From an uncultured virus (IMG/VR IMGVR_UViG_3300025816_000007) (lineage: Duplodnaviria > Heunggongvirae > Uroviricota > Caudoviricetes), in IMG/VR virus record IMGVR_UViG_3300025816_000007: a DNA stretch of 62,951 nucleotides, one strand, 5' to 3'. Position numbers and translations under genes: made by a program. The notes beneath the pieces are model-generated. The model was not told where the DNA came from. It did no database searches and saw nothing but the letters and a program-made list of their open reading frames with translations. Shown here in pieces: positions 39,445 to 48,884 of this stretch; the stretch's first letter is position 1; the number at the start of each line of letters is the position of its first letter.

Positions 39445-40125
39445 TCAAGCCTTCAACAGATTTCGTATGTGATTTTTCCAGTATGAGTCTAATTTATCTA
39501 TTAGATCTCTCATTTCTTCTGCTGTCTTTACAACAGGTTCCGCCCAAGGGTCCGCATGTGATTCATGGTCCTTCAACGGAAATTTTTTGTAAAGTATTTC
39601 ACATACAATGTCAAAATACTCATTGTGACTCCATGTATCATGAAGAATTTTATCCCAATATTCTTTCCATTTTGCCGGATTGCTAGGTTTTTCCCAGCGA
39701 AACCGGTTATAATCTTCGGCCATGAATCTGACTATGGCGTGAGGGTCTATTTCATGTATTCCAAACTCGCCCTCGTCAATCCTATCGTTCATTTCTTCTA
39801 GGATGTTAGACTCAATATCAACCAAAGCCTTGCCGTCTGTTTCATCAACTACTTCTTTGAAAGCATTAATTAGCCTTCTTTGTTGTTTTTGTTCATTGGG
39901 TGTTTCATCAGCATGAGGGTAAAAAATCTCCCAAGTCTGCTGATTCATCAAATAAATCATTCTTAGTTCATTGTAACTACCTGCACCATACATTTTTTTC
40001 AAATCTGGATATGTGGGCATTTCTACACAAATATGATCTGCCCAATTATCGGTTTCTGCTTCTGAGTGTTTTCCACCTTCGATTACAATTTTCAGTTCAA
40101 CTATTTCCTTATCTAAATCTTCCAT
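39445..40125 (-). CDS. Hypothetical protein
   Basis: ORF from motif ATG. Confidence 0.7.
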   Translation of the reverse strand: MEDLDKEIVELKIVIEGGKHSEAETDNWADHICVEMPTYPDLKKMYGAGSYNELRMIYLMNQQTWEIFYPHADETPNEQKQQRRLINAFKEVVDETDGKALVDIESNILEEMNDRIDEGEFGIHEIDPHAIVRFMAEDYNRFRWEKPSNPAKWKEYWDKILHDTWSHNEYFDIVCEILYKKFPLKDHESHADPWAEPVVKTAEEMRDLIDKLDSYWKNHIRNLLKA

Positions 40126-40134
40126 GTTCAATCA

Positions 40135-40387
40135 AATCCCATTAGTAATTTCAACCACTTAGGGATTATGCTACTGAATAAATCAGAAATCAATGGCGGG
40201 TGTCGGCGTGTTTTCTACATACGGTGCCGTTCAAGTGATTTTCACTTGGTACAACATCATCGCTTAACCCGCCATTGATTCCTTCTTCATCGCAAATTTC
40301 GCAATATCCTCTTGTCATGTTTAATTTAATCCCATTAGTAATTTCAACCACTTAGGGATTATGCTACTGAATAAATCAGAAATCAAT
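40135..40387 (-). repeat. Perfect 60-bp direct repeat (40135-40194 and 40328-40387)
   Basis: AATCCCATTAGTAATTTCAACCACTTAGGGATTATGCTACTGAATAAATCAGAAATCAAT twice. Confidence 0.95.
40190..40318 (-). CDS. Small Zn-finger protein, 42 aa
   Basis: MTRGYCEIC...VCRKHADTRH* from motif ATG. Confidence 0.55.
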   Translation of the reverse strand: MTRGYCEICDEEGINGGLSDDVVPSENHLNGTVCRKHADTRH

Positions 40388-40388
40388 T

Positions 40389-40751
40389 TTATCCCCTGTA
40401 AGGCATCCATTGTTGGGCCTCATCGGACCATACCATATAATCCCCATTCCAGATAATAAACCACTGGCCGTTCATTTGGAACGGTTCGTTTTGCATCTCA
40501 CCTGGGTTAGAAAATTGTCTTGGTACTTCTTGAGACATACTGACATGCCTTGGAGATACTGGTTGCATAATTGGCACCCAGCACCAAACTGTTACTACAA
40601 GAGCACCCATCCAAAATGCAGGCGTGTGCATAAATCCGGGTATGTCAAAACCCTCAATTTCGTATTCGTTCCACCGTCCATAGGCATAAATTATCCCAAA
40701 CAGTATGATAAAAATTCCGAGTAGTCTCCTCAACACTGCGCCTATCATCAT
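40389..40751 (-). CDS. Two-TM membrane protein
   Basis: Two hydrophobic helices. Confidence 0.7.
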   Translation of the reverse strand: MMIGAVLRRLLGIFIILFGIIYAYGRWNEYEIEGFDIPGFMHTPAFWMGALVVTVWCWVPIMQPVSPRHVSMSQEVPRQFSNPGEMQNEPFQMNGQWFIIWNGDYMVWSDEAQQWMPYRG

Positions 40752-41017
40752 ACCACCCGATGAGATTCGTCCTCATCAAAGTGTCCCTGATACTCTAAGT
40801 TATCGCCATTAATCACGAAATGTTGTTTTCCATAAAACTTGATGAATTGGGTAATTGCGGCTTGCCTTGGGGCATAATTCGCTCCCAATTTATCAAAAAC
40901 AATATCGTATGCCTGCCCTTTGGTAAGTTTCTTTATTTTCCTCTCTTCGCAATACTTTGCAACTATCTTAGGTATTTTGTTTCTCAATTTTTCTTGATTA
41001 TTATCATTTTTACTCAT
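40748..41017 (-). CDS. Hypothetical protein
   Basis: ORF from motif ATG. Confidence 0.65.
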   Translation of the reverse strand: MSKNDNNQEKLRNKIPKIVAKYCEERKIKKLTKGQAYDIVFDKLGANYAPRQAAITQFIKFYGKQHFVINGDNLEYQGHFDEDESHRVV

Positions 41018-41141
41018 GTTAAATTAGGGAGCCAAGAGACCGAACCCAAAAAACGCCGGAGATAGAGGAATAACGACAAAAAGGTACTCTTGACTCAACA
41101 CTCCGATATCTATCTAGCATATAACCATGACTTCATCGAAA

Positions 41142-41205
41142 CCAAAAAAAAACGGGACTTTGAAAATGCAGGCGTAAATATCGCCTACACCATTCAAAGT
41201 CCCGT
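41142..41205 (-). terminator. Hairpin plus T9 terminator-like element
   Basis: 13-bp IR ACGGGACTTTGAA (41152-64) / TTCAAAGTCCCGT (41193-205), inner AGGCG/CGCCT, T-run on minus strand. Confidence 0.75.
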
Positions 41206-41246
41206 ACATGTGTCAAACCATGGTATGTTCAATCATTGTTAAATAT

Positions 41247-41774
41247 CTATTTAAAGAGACTGCTCAGACTCTCTTTTTCTTCGCTAAATATTTCCTTGAG
41301 GGCCAATTCCGCATTCCATAAACCTATCACGTTTTGAACCAATTCATATCCAGATGGCACATCATCCCATGCGCCATTTTTCCATTCATCGAGTCTTCCG
41401 TCACTATTCACATCAATGCGTTCACCCAAATGGTGCTTCGCAAGTAGTAGAGTCGCTGTAACTAATCCATCATATTCCTTTCTATTTGTCTTGCAGAAAT
41501 TGAAAACTAAATCTTGGTCTTCTCTCCAAGATACTTGTTCATTCTTTCTTTCCAAGTAAAATGTTTCGTGACCGCCTTCAAATCTGATTTTTACCTCGTC
41601 GATTTCTGGTGGATTCCACCATTTTGCTTCATCACCACTATAATACTCAATTTTAGCCCTTTCTAAGATTGGACTATCAACAATCAATGCTTTCGCATCA
41701 GTTGTAAATTTATTCCATATCTCTTCTTCTACTTCCTTATCCCTTTCCATATACCAATAGTGTGTATATCCCAT
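41247..41774 (-). CDS. Conserved viral-type hypothetical (MGYTHYW...FNFCKTNRKEYD)
   Basis: Recognisable motif set. Confidence 0.75.
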   Translation of the reverse strand: MGYTHYWYMERDKEVEEEIWNKFTTDAKALIVDSPILERAKIEYYSGDEAKWWNPPEIDEVKIRFEGGHETFYLERKNEQVSWREDQDLVFNFCKTNRKEYDGLVTATLLLAKHHLGERIDVNSDGRLDEWKNGAWDDVPSGYELVQNVIGLWNAELALKEIFSEEKESLSSLFK

Positions 41775-41781
41775 GTTTAAT

Positions 41782-42157
41782 TTACCTTAACTTGCTAACT
41801 TCGTCCAGGGCCTCATCATTCTTTCGAACTTAGATTCATATCATTGTGTCCCTATGTCTTTTATTGCTTCGCTAGAAGGCCATGTAGGTTCCAAAAGTGC
41901 GGGCTGCGATCACCTCCACTAACTGCCCCGATGTATGACATGCGTCACCGCATATCAGCTCCCATCACTTTCCTACAATTTTACGATTAAAACCGAATCC
42001 TACTCGCCATCGTGTCAAATAAGTCCACGCAATAGGAGCGAGTGCATTAATCCTTTTTTTTGCTCCCAATTACTTCTTACGAACGCACTCGAACTTCTCT
42101 GCAATCAACAGAGAATAGTTGCGTGGTTTCATTTCAACCGTCTTTTGTTCAATCTTT
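41782..42157 (-). ncRNA. Candidate structured ncRNA (~375 nt) between two motif copies
   Basis: No minus ORF of 60 aa or more; several complementary segments incl. possible pseudoknot. Confidence 0.5.
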
Positions 42158-42200
42158 CATGTTCAATATTCTAAGCCACAGGGGGCTTAGGGTATTTGGT

Positions 42201-42464
42201 TCAATCTTGCTCGTCCCAAGCTTTGATTTCATCACTGTTATTTTCGCATTCTTTATCTTCATAGTAACCTTCTGCTTCGACTCCTAAGAAGTCTAAGTGC
42301 CGCCCTATCATGATGCCTATCGCATCAATTAAGGCCAACATCTCATTCGTGTGGTCGTGCATGCATGATACATCTTTTCTTATTTCAGAAAGTGAATAGA
42401 TTACATATGCTAATACGATAATTCCAATAAATCCTAAATCATTCAGTTGTATATCTAATACCAT
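42201..42464 (-). CDS. Small protein with N-terminal TM
   Basis: ORF from motif ATG. Confidence 0.6.
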   Translation of the reverse strand: MVLDIQLNDLGFIGIIVLAYVIYSLSEIRKDVSCMHDHTNEMLALIDAIGIMIGRHLDFLGVEAEGYYEDKECENNSDEIKAWDEQD

Positions 42465-42466
42465 GT

Positions 42467-42844
42467 TCAATTGAAGTCGATTACTATGTTATTTCTGTCG
42501 TATTTGCCTTTATGTGACAAAGCTTTCTCAAACTTCTTCTCGTATAGTTCTGGATTTTCTTTGAAAAGACAAAATATGCATTCATCGATGATGCAATGAT
42601 TTACACAAGGGCCACCGTTCTCATCATAGTGAAATTGTGGTTCTTTGCTTGGAATACCAAACTCTGGCTCACTGTATGTTTTGCCATCAGCCCACACCCA
42701 TTCAGTTTTTATTTTGTAAATTCCACAACAATAACCGTCTGAACATTGTGTGCATTTCCAATATTTTTCCCCATTGTCTCGACTTATCAAAACCAAATTC
42801 TTCAAATTTTCATATCTTTTTCGATATTTTGGTCTTCTAACCAT
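42467..42844 (-). CDS. Cys-rich hypothetical protein
   Basis: ORF motif to motif. Confidence 0.65.
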   Translation of the reverse strand: MVRRPKYRKRYENLKNLVLISRDNGEKYWKCTQCSDGYCCGIYKIKTEWVWADGKTYSEPEFGIPSKEPQFHYDENGGPCVNHCIIDECIFCLFKENPELYEKKFEKALSHKGKYDRNNIVIDFN

Positions 42845-42846
42845 GT

Positions 42847-43047
42847 TCAATTTGTCAACAATTTTTTGGGAACTTCTTGTACAACCTTCGTCGCCAAAGA
42901 GACTACAGTCGCCCTTTTACCGTTATGTGATAAAACCTCAACTAGTTCATCTTGCATCAATGAACCTATTGAATCTACCACCCTCAATATATCCCCCATC
43001 CTAATTGTATCTTCTAACCATACAAACGGTACATTCCAGTCTGTCAT
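42847..43047 (-). CDS. Hypothetical protein
   Basis: ORF motif to motif. Confidence 0.6.
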   Translation of the reverse strand: MTDWNVPFVWLEDTIRMGDILRVVDSIGSLMQDELVEVLSHNGKRATVVSLATKVVQEVPKKLLTN

Positions 43048-43056
43048 GTTTAATTT

Positions 43057-43395
43057 TCAAAAGTTTGAAAGGTTGAGCTTTAAGTTTGATTTCTTGGACT
43101 TGGACTTAGGCTTTCGCTTTTTACTCCATTTCAATACTTCAAACTCTGTGGCTTCACAAGTGTAGGCAGACCTTTGAGATACTGCCACCTCTACATTCTT
43201 GTATGTACCAAATTCCCTTGGCAACTCAATTCCTTGAGGGTGTTCTACCTTGATTCTTTCCATCACTTCTTCTTTCAAATCTTCTATATCCTTCTTCATT
43301 TTATTGTGCGTATCCATCATTTCTCGAAGCATTTTCAAATCTTCGATTAGCACACTTAATTCTTGAAATTCACCATATTCTAGTTTACTTTCCAT
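43057..43395 (-). CDS. Hypothetical protein, coiled coil with basic tail
   Basis: ORF from motif ATG. Confidence 0.65.
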   Translation of the reverse strand: MESKLEYGEFQELSVLIEDLKMLREMMDTHNKMKKDIEDLKEEVMERIKVEHPQGIELPREFGTYKNVEVAVSQRSAYTCEATEFEVLKWSKKRKPKSKSKKSNLKLNLSNF

Positions 43396-43403
43396 GTTTA
43401 ATT

Positions 43404-43583
43404 TTACCAGATTTTGTATTCTTTCTCTGGGTCTAAATTTCGTGGCAGAATAAATTCTTCGTCATCTTCTGCTAAACTCTTAATAAACTTCCAAACTTTA
43501 TCTGCTAACTCCTCTGGCAATGCTATTTCTTGCAATGCCCCATTAGATCTATCTACGAATACTCCCCATGTATTTACTTCCAT
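43404..43583 (-). CDS. Small protein, 59 aa
   Basis: Hand-translated MEVNTWGVFVDRSNG... Confidence 0.6.
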   Translation of the reverse strand: MEVNTWGVFVDRSNGALQEIALPEELADKVWKFIKSLAEDDEEFILPRNLDPEKEYKIW

Positions 43584-43591
43584 GTTTAATT

Positions 43592-44956
43592 CTAATTAAA
43601 TGGTGCAAGTTTACACCCATTATGGCACAATTCGCCTATTTTTCTTTCACAATGACAAAAAGGACAGTCTTCATATTCTGACCGCCCCCTATCATTGAGT
43701 TGTGTTGCCGCAGAGCTTCCGCAATGCGTACACGCTCCGGACATATCTGTTGTTGTGTGGTCGCAACCGTTGTCAATTGACGTGACGATGTGTTTTACCT
43801 GAACACTTACACCCCAACTGCAATTATTACACTCATAGTAATATGCATCTCTATCATGATTCGCTTCTACTTCACCGCCGCAATCGGGGCAAGGATAGTT
43901 AGTCAAATCAGCGGATAGTTCATCTCCAACTTTCAGTTTATTATAATCCATGTTCAATTCTTGTTCTTTTTTCCACTCTGCATGAACCTCAACCCATGCG
44001 TGTGTTATTTGTTCTGCTAACCAATCCCCTGTTGCGTCTATGAATTCGTCTGTAGACTCTTCTGCATCATATATTTCTTTTTTTATTATTGAATGCAACG
44101 CATCCGTAAATGCATGAGGGTGGTCGGCACAATCTAATATTTGCCCAATCACTTCAAGATTTTCTTCGTACACTGCCAAACTACACATTTCTTGTATGTA
44201 GTGGTTACTTATATTTCTTGACAAGTAGTGTAGAAGTTCATATCCATCTTGAAAAGGGTTTTCTATACCGTTATATTCCATCCCTACAATTGCATCTTCA
44301 TGCATTCCAGTTCCAAGATTCAATTTGATGCTCTCAACAAATTCTGCATCATTAACAAATCCATTTTCTAGCCAATCTTCTTTTCCGCCTCGATAGTAAA
44401 ATTTAGCAGGCATTTGTTCTATCACAAAATCCCCGTCCTTAACCATCGCTGATTCAAATAAATTGTAAGGCAGATGATATCTTGCTTCGTGAGAATTCGC
44501 AGGCCTGTAGTAATTTAGCCCTGTGCGACTCCCCTTTGCGATATACCAGTCATTTATTACTGCCATATTTCCGTTTTCATCTTGCATAAATGTGAGCCCA
44601 TACTTGTGTCGTTTCGCAAGTGGGTTGACATTCTCATCAAATGGCCTACATTCTACATCTACTTCCTTGAACCATAGATGATTTGCATCGTGAGTATCGC
44701 TCCCGTATTCATGGACTTGCATAATCACAGTCTCAGCATTCTGTTCCATTCCAAGTTTAGAGGCTAATATTGACAAATCTTCATCATCTTCGTCAGTTAG
44801 CTTCAATCTTGAAGGAAATATTACTGGCACTACCAAGTATTTGCTTTTTTTTGGTTTATTAGCTAAATGCTTATGCCAACATTCAGGGCCATAACCCCGT
44901 TCTTTGCTTACTTTTGATTTTAGTTCTTTTTTGCATAATTTACAATTATCAAACAT
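43592..44956 (-). CDS. DUF6011-like Zn-finger protein fused in frame, through a motif copy, to a Cys-rich unit (43592-43951)
   Basis: CKLCKKELKS..S.ERGYGPECW; internal motif at 43949 reads ELNM. Confidence 0.7.
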   Translation of the reverse strand: MFDNCKLCKKELKSKVSKERGYGPECWHKHLANKPKKSKYLVVPVIFPSRLKLTDEDDEDLSILASKLGMEQNAETVIMQVHEYGSDTHDANHLWFKEVDVECRPFDENVNPLAKRHKYGLTFMQDENGNMAVINDWYIAKGSRTGLNYYRPANSHEARYHLPYNLFESAMVKDGDFVIEQMPAKFYYRGGKEDWLENGFVNDAEFVESIKLNLGTGMHEDAIVGMEYNGIENPFQDGYELLHYLSRNISNHYIQEMCSLAVYEENLEVIGQILDCADHPHAFTDALHSIIKKEIYDAEESTDEFIDATGDWLAEQITHAWVEVHAEWKKEQELNMDYNKLKVGDELSADLTNYPCPDCGGEVEANHDRDAYYYECNNCSWGVSVQVKHIVTSIDNGCDHTTTDMSGACTHCGSSAATQLNDRGRSEYEDCPFCHCERKIGELCHNGCKLAPFN

Positions 44957-44962
44957 GTTCAA

Positions 44963-45625
44963 TTATTCAAATAGGAAGTGATATTTCTTTTTGCCATCAG
45001 GCCCAATATCCTCTTTATCCCATTTACCTTCCTTAATTTCTTCTCTTAGTATCCGTCGTGAACTCCAACGGTCTCCCGAATGTTTTTTTTCGTCTAGTCC
45101 AGGATAACCCCTTTCCAAAATGTCTATTCCAGACATACCAAATATTCTAATTGGTATGCAATCAATTTTTGGAGTCCCTATATCATAGATTTCAAAAAAC
45201 TTTGAAACTGCTTCTTCAACCAAACTTTCATATTTCGGCCAGTGCATCTTTACTTTTCCAGTCCTCACATCGCTAGCTAAATCCGCAAGCAATTCAAGCA
45301 TATCGTTGTATGCCTTGTGAGACCATCTAATACGGAATTGTCCTACTTCATGATATTTCATTCCACGAAGCGATGTTTCTGCATCTAACAATTTACCTGC
45401 TTTTGTAGTTTCATAGTTCCAAGTCAGTCTTGACCTACCCCCTACTGAATTCATCATGTCATTTGCTCTATCTTTTGCCCATTCTTTCGGCACTATACAT
45501 CCTTCTTCCATTTTATCTGTCGTAACGCAAAGTTTCATCTCACTCTTCATTTTAACTAAAATGAGATTTACTTTGCTAAGTATATCTTTTCTCTTTTCTT
45601 CAAAAATATCTTCCATACTTCCCAT
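44963..45625 (-). CDS. Hypothetical protein
   Basis: ORF from motif ATG. Confidence 0.7.
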   Translation of the reverse strand: MGSMEDIFEEKRKDILSKVNLILVKMKSEMKLCVTTDKMEEGCIVPKEWAKDRANDMMNSVGGRSRLTWNYETTKAGKLLDAETSLRGMKYHEVGQFRIRWSHKAYNDMLELLADLASDVRTGKVKMHWPKYESLVEEAVSKFFEIYDIGTPKIDCIPIRIFGMSGIDILERGYPGLDEKKHSGDRWSSRRILREEIKEGKWDKEDIGPDGKKKYHFLFE

Positions 45626-45635
45626 GTTAAATTTT

Positions 45636-46568
45636 CTATAACTCATAATTCCATTCTTCCGTTTCGAAATCGCTGGAATGTATTTCTATTTCATTGTACG
45701 AAATCCATTCAAATACTGTTGCTGTAATTCCATCAAAGTAGCAATCCACAATATGTTGCAAAGGATCTTCTTTGAATTGTCCTTCACTGAATTCATAGCA
45801 ATTACTTGCGTATTCAGATATTCCTTCAATTGTATTATCCTCCATGCAATCAACTACTCCTGATAATCTTTCTTGTATGGTTTGCTTTTCCTCTTTTGTA
45901 AATCTTCTTTCTTGACCGTAAACATACCACTCGTAACATGACTCTACCAAGTCTGTTTCTTTGATTTTAGATAAAGCGACACCGTAGTTGGTGTTCTCTT
46001 CTAAAAACATCTTAACCTTGTTTTGACTAGTATATTCGTCTTGAGGCAAATAGCCCGCATCATGAAGAGTTTTGAAATCATATTCCAACGAATCGCTTTC
46101 GTCATTCGCACTTGCAAATTTTGGAACACTATTCAATTCATCACCCCAATGACCCAATCTCTGATACAAGTAGGTCAAAATGCCGATAAATAAACTTCCA
46201 TGGCCTAATCCATTCTTTGCTCCATGCGATGCTTCTAAATGAAAGCAAACGATGTGTGCCATTTCGTGAATAGCACAATTTCTATCTGCTTCCATCCTAT
46301 ACTCTATTTTACAGCCTTCTTGTAAAACCCCTACGCCTCTATATGCTCTGCCAAGATAATTTTCTTTTACATCTTGGAAAAAATAATACCGAGGCATACA
46401 AATCCCATACATTTTTGAGATTCTGTCCATCGTGTTAACCATTTGCTTCATTGATTCATTAAAACAAGTAATACGGGGATTGCTGCAATAGTGTGTGCTA
46501 TTCATCGCAAATTCGTAATTATATGCGAGTATAGCCTCATCTTTCCTCTTTTTATCATCATTTGTCAT
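45636..46568 (-). CDS. Zincin-like (HExxH) metallopeptidase-domain protein
   Basis: AIHEMAH...GHG..F. Confidence 0.65.
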   Translation of the reverse strand: MTNDDKKRKDEAILAYNYEFAMNSTHYCSNPRITCFNESMKQMVNTMDRISKMYGICMPRYYFFQDVKENYLGRAYRGVGVLQEGCKIEYRMEADRNCAIHEMAHIVCFHLEASHGAKNGLGHGSLFIGILTYLYQRLGHWGDELNSVPKFASANDESDSLEYDFKTLHDAGYLPQDEYTSQNKVKMFLEENTNYGVALSKIKETDLVESCYEWYVYGQERRFTKEEKQTIQERLSGVVDCMEDNTIEGISEYASNCYEFSEGQFKEDPLQHIVDCYFDGITATVFEWISYNEIEIHSSDFETEEWNYEL

Positions 46569-46570
46569 GT

Positions 46571-47425
46571 TTAATATGTTAGACACTTTTCAATCATGCC
46601 TTTGTCAATCTCAATAGATATGCTGTGTCTACCTGTTTGCAGACAGGCTGCTGCGAGTGACAAAGAACCTGCGAAGGGATCTAATACAATCTCTCCTGGT
46701 TCAGAGCCAAACTCAACTAACCTTGCAATCAAATCAATTGGCTTTTGCGTTTCATGCCTCCTTACCAAGTAGTGCTCTCTTGGATAACACAATACATCTG
46801 GTGTTGCCCTCATAGGATGTCCTTTTCCGAATAACCTTCGCTTTCCTTTCGAAAAGAAGTAAATCAATTCGTGTCTTGCTCGGCCTCGGTAGCCCATTCC
46901 CATGTGTTTCTTATCCCAAACCCATTGCCTGTTGTAAGTCCAACCACACTCCTTAGCTATCTTGATTTGATTTTCAAGATATTCATGTGTATCACTTGCG
47001 CTTGCTGGCATAAATGAAAACATGTGTCCTCCTGGCTTCAAAATCCTCAACAGTTCCGAATAATACTCCTCATCAAGGTCTTCTGTCTGGAATAGCCACC
47101 CCTTTCTTAGGTTTCTTTTCCTAGTAGTCCCTGTTTGCATTTGTTTGTCAAGTATATTGTATGGAAAATCCATAATTATTTGGTCGATTGATTCATCGTC
47201 TATCTTCTTGAGTTCTTCTCGACTGTCACCATTTATGATGACTGCTTGAATTTCTCCAAAGGTAGCAATGTATATGCCTCGACCAATTCTTTCAAAACAC
47301 CTACCAACATTTTCATTGAGTCGCCCCCGAATCGTTGATTCTTTTTCGTCCTTAAAATTTGAATATATTTCAACTAAGCTTTTACTTTCTTTCAAAAACT
47401 CCCATATTCTGTTTTTCAAACTCAT
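46571..47425 (-). CDS. N4/N6 DNA methyltransferase (beta class) with N-terminal HTH-like domain
   Basis: IIMDFPY, LKPGG, HETQKP, VLDPFAGS. Confidence 0.9.
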   Translation of the reverse strand: MSLKNRIWEFLKESKSLVEIYSNFKDEKESTIRGRLNENVGRCFERIGRGIYIATFGEIQAVIINGDSREELKKIDDESIDQIIMDFPYNILDKQMQTGTTRKRNLRKGWLFQTEDLDEEYYSELLRILKPGGHMFSFMPASASDTHEYLENQIKIAKECGWTYNRQWVWDKKHMGMGYRGRARHELIYFFSKGKRRLFGKGHPMRATPDVLCYPREHYLVRRHETQKPIDLIARLVEFGSEPGEIVLDPFAGSLSLAAACLQTGRHSISIEIDKGMIEKCLTY

Positions 47426-47427
47426 GT

Positions 47428-47592
47428 TCAATTCTTGTGTCGTTTCGATTGTTCATCACCTTCTGTAATTTCATTAACCAAATCCCAAAATTCCATCCAA
47501 CTAATACCAATCATATTTTCTAATTCCTCATCGGGTGTGTTCATCCATTCACTCAAGTTTATTATTATCATCTTCATTAATTCTATATTCAT
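47428..47592 (-). CDS. Small acidic protein, 54 aa
   Basis: Hand-translated; preceded by 7-codon mini-ORF at motif 47610; stop in motif. Confidence 0.5.
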   Translation of the reverse strand: MNIELMKMIIINLSEWMNTPDEELENMIGISWMEFWDLVNEITEGDEQSKRHKN

Positions 47593-47618
47593 TGTTCATC
47601 AACTCCTTCCATGTTAAA

Positions 47619-48653
47619 TTAAGCCTCTTGTTTTACCAAAGAGACTGGTTTTCTAGTCATTGTACCACATTGGTTCGGACATTCGTCACATCTTGTATCA
47701 CAAGCAATCACAAATGTATCCCAATCTTTGTACTTATCAAATCCTTTTTCTGACAGGAGCATACCTGCAGATTTCTTTCTGCCTGCCTTTCCTGTTGTAT
47801 ATGATTTGACATGATTCATATTTTCATGCAGAAGATAGTCATTTCTAGGGTCATTCCCCTCAAACTTCCATGGTGTTTCGAGAATCCTTATTCCGTATTT
47901 CTTCGAAAATTCATAGAAAAACTTCTGCGTTTCATCTAATAGCTCTCCTATCGGATTTTCCCTATCAAAAGAAGCCGAGCAGATTCTCATGTATACTGAA
48001 TCTGCGAATTTGCTCTTCCTTGGCCTAGTCATTTTATCAAACCTAACCAAAATTGATAGAACCGTTTGGACTCTATTTTCATCTTTCCTTCGCCCCACTG
48101 CTATGTGTGGTGCCCATTCGTAGCCAGGAATCAAACTAAAGTGTATGATAGCCCCTGCAATCGCCAACCTTTCTAGTTGTACATCACTGGGAAACTTCCA
48201 CATCTTTGTAATTACTACTGTTCTAACTCCCATTCTACCTGCCGCTTCTGCAAATCTGCAAGCGGCATCCCAATCATAACTTGGATCTCCCAAAGTTCCA
48301 TTTCTTACCCAATTCAATACATACGCTTGCTCGTCACCAAAATGTACATTGTTTGACATCATTTTGTAAATGTCGTACTGTATGATTTCAGGACACACGC
48401 ATTGTGTTACTGGGTCGGTGAATACTAGTCCACCTTGTAAAAACCCCATAGACCTTGCTGCGTAGCAACCAAAACAACCGCCTGCACATCCTTTTGTTGT
48501 GTCAGATACATTCGGTTCTGTTTTCGAGTTACCTTGAATCCTAGCTAAATTTCTAGGAGAGGGCACTCTTGGCTTTTCTCCGCCGCATTGAGTCTTTATT
48601 GTTTTCCTCACTTTTTCCTTTTGTATAACAGGTAATTCCATTATCTTTGCCAT
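47619..48653 (-). CDS. Radical-SAM-like protein
   Basis: GCAGGCFGCYA (CxxxCxxC), RNGTLGDP, VITK, C-terminal CxxxCxxCxxxC. Confidence 0.65.
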   Translation of the reverse strand: MAKIMELPVIQKEKVRKTIKTQCGGEKPRVPSPRNLARIQGNSKTEPNVSDTTKGCAGGCFGCYAARSMGFLQGGLVFTDPVTQCVCPEIIQYDIYKMMSNNVHFGDEQAYVLNWVRNGTLGDPSYDWDAACRFAEAAGRMGVRTVVITKMWKFPSDVQLERLAIAGAIIHFSLIPGYEWAPHIAVGRRKDENRVQTVLSILVRFDKMTRPRKSKFADSVYMRICSASFDRENPIGELLDETQKFFYEFSKKYGIRILETPWKFEGNDPRNDYLLHENMNHVKSYTTGKAGRKKSAGMLLSEKGFDKYKDWDTFVIACDTRCDECPNQCGTMTRKPVSLVKQEA

Positions 48654-48663
48654 GTTTAATTGA

Positions 48664-48876
48664 TTAATTTCCAAATAGTTTCTTTTTGGCCTCTTTAATT
48701 AGTCGAGATTTGTCATCAATTTCTCTTTCCAAATTTTCAAACGCTTCACGTAGTTCGCTATCGTCATGCCTGTTTTTGATATACCAATATCTGCCCCTAT
48801 TTTGGAATAGGTTATTGATTATGTTATCGATTTCCAAGCATTTCTTCAAACTCTTCTCAAAGAAGAGTTGCGTCAT
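48664..48876 (-). CDS. Hypothetical protein
   Basis: ORF. Confidence 0.55.
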   Translation of the reverse strand: MTQLFFEKSLKKCLEIDNIINNLFQNRGRYWYIKNRHDDSELREAFENLEREIDDKSRLIKEAKKKLFGN

Positions 48877-48884
48877 TGGTGCTC

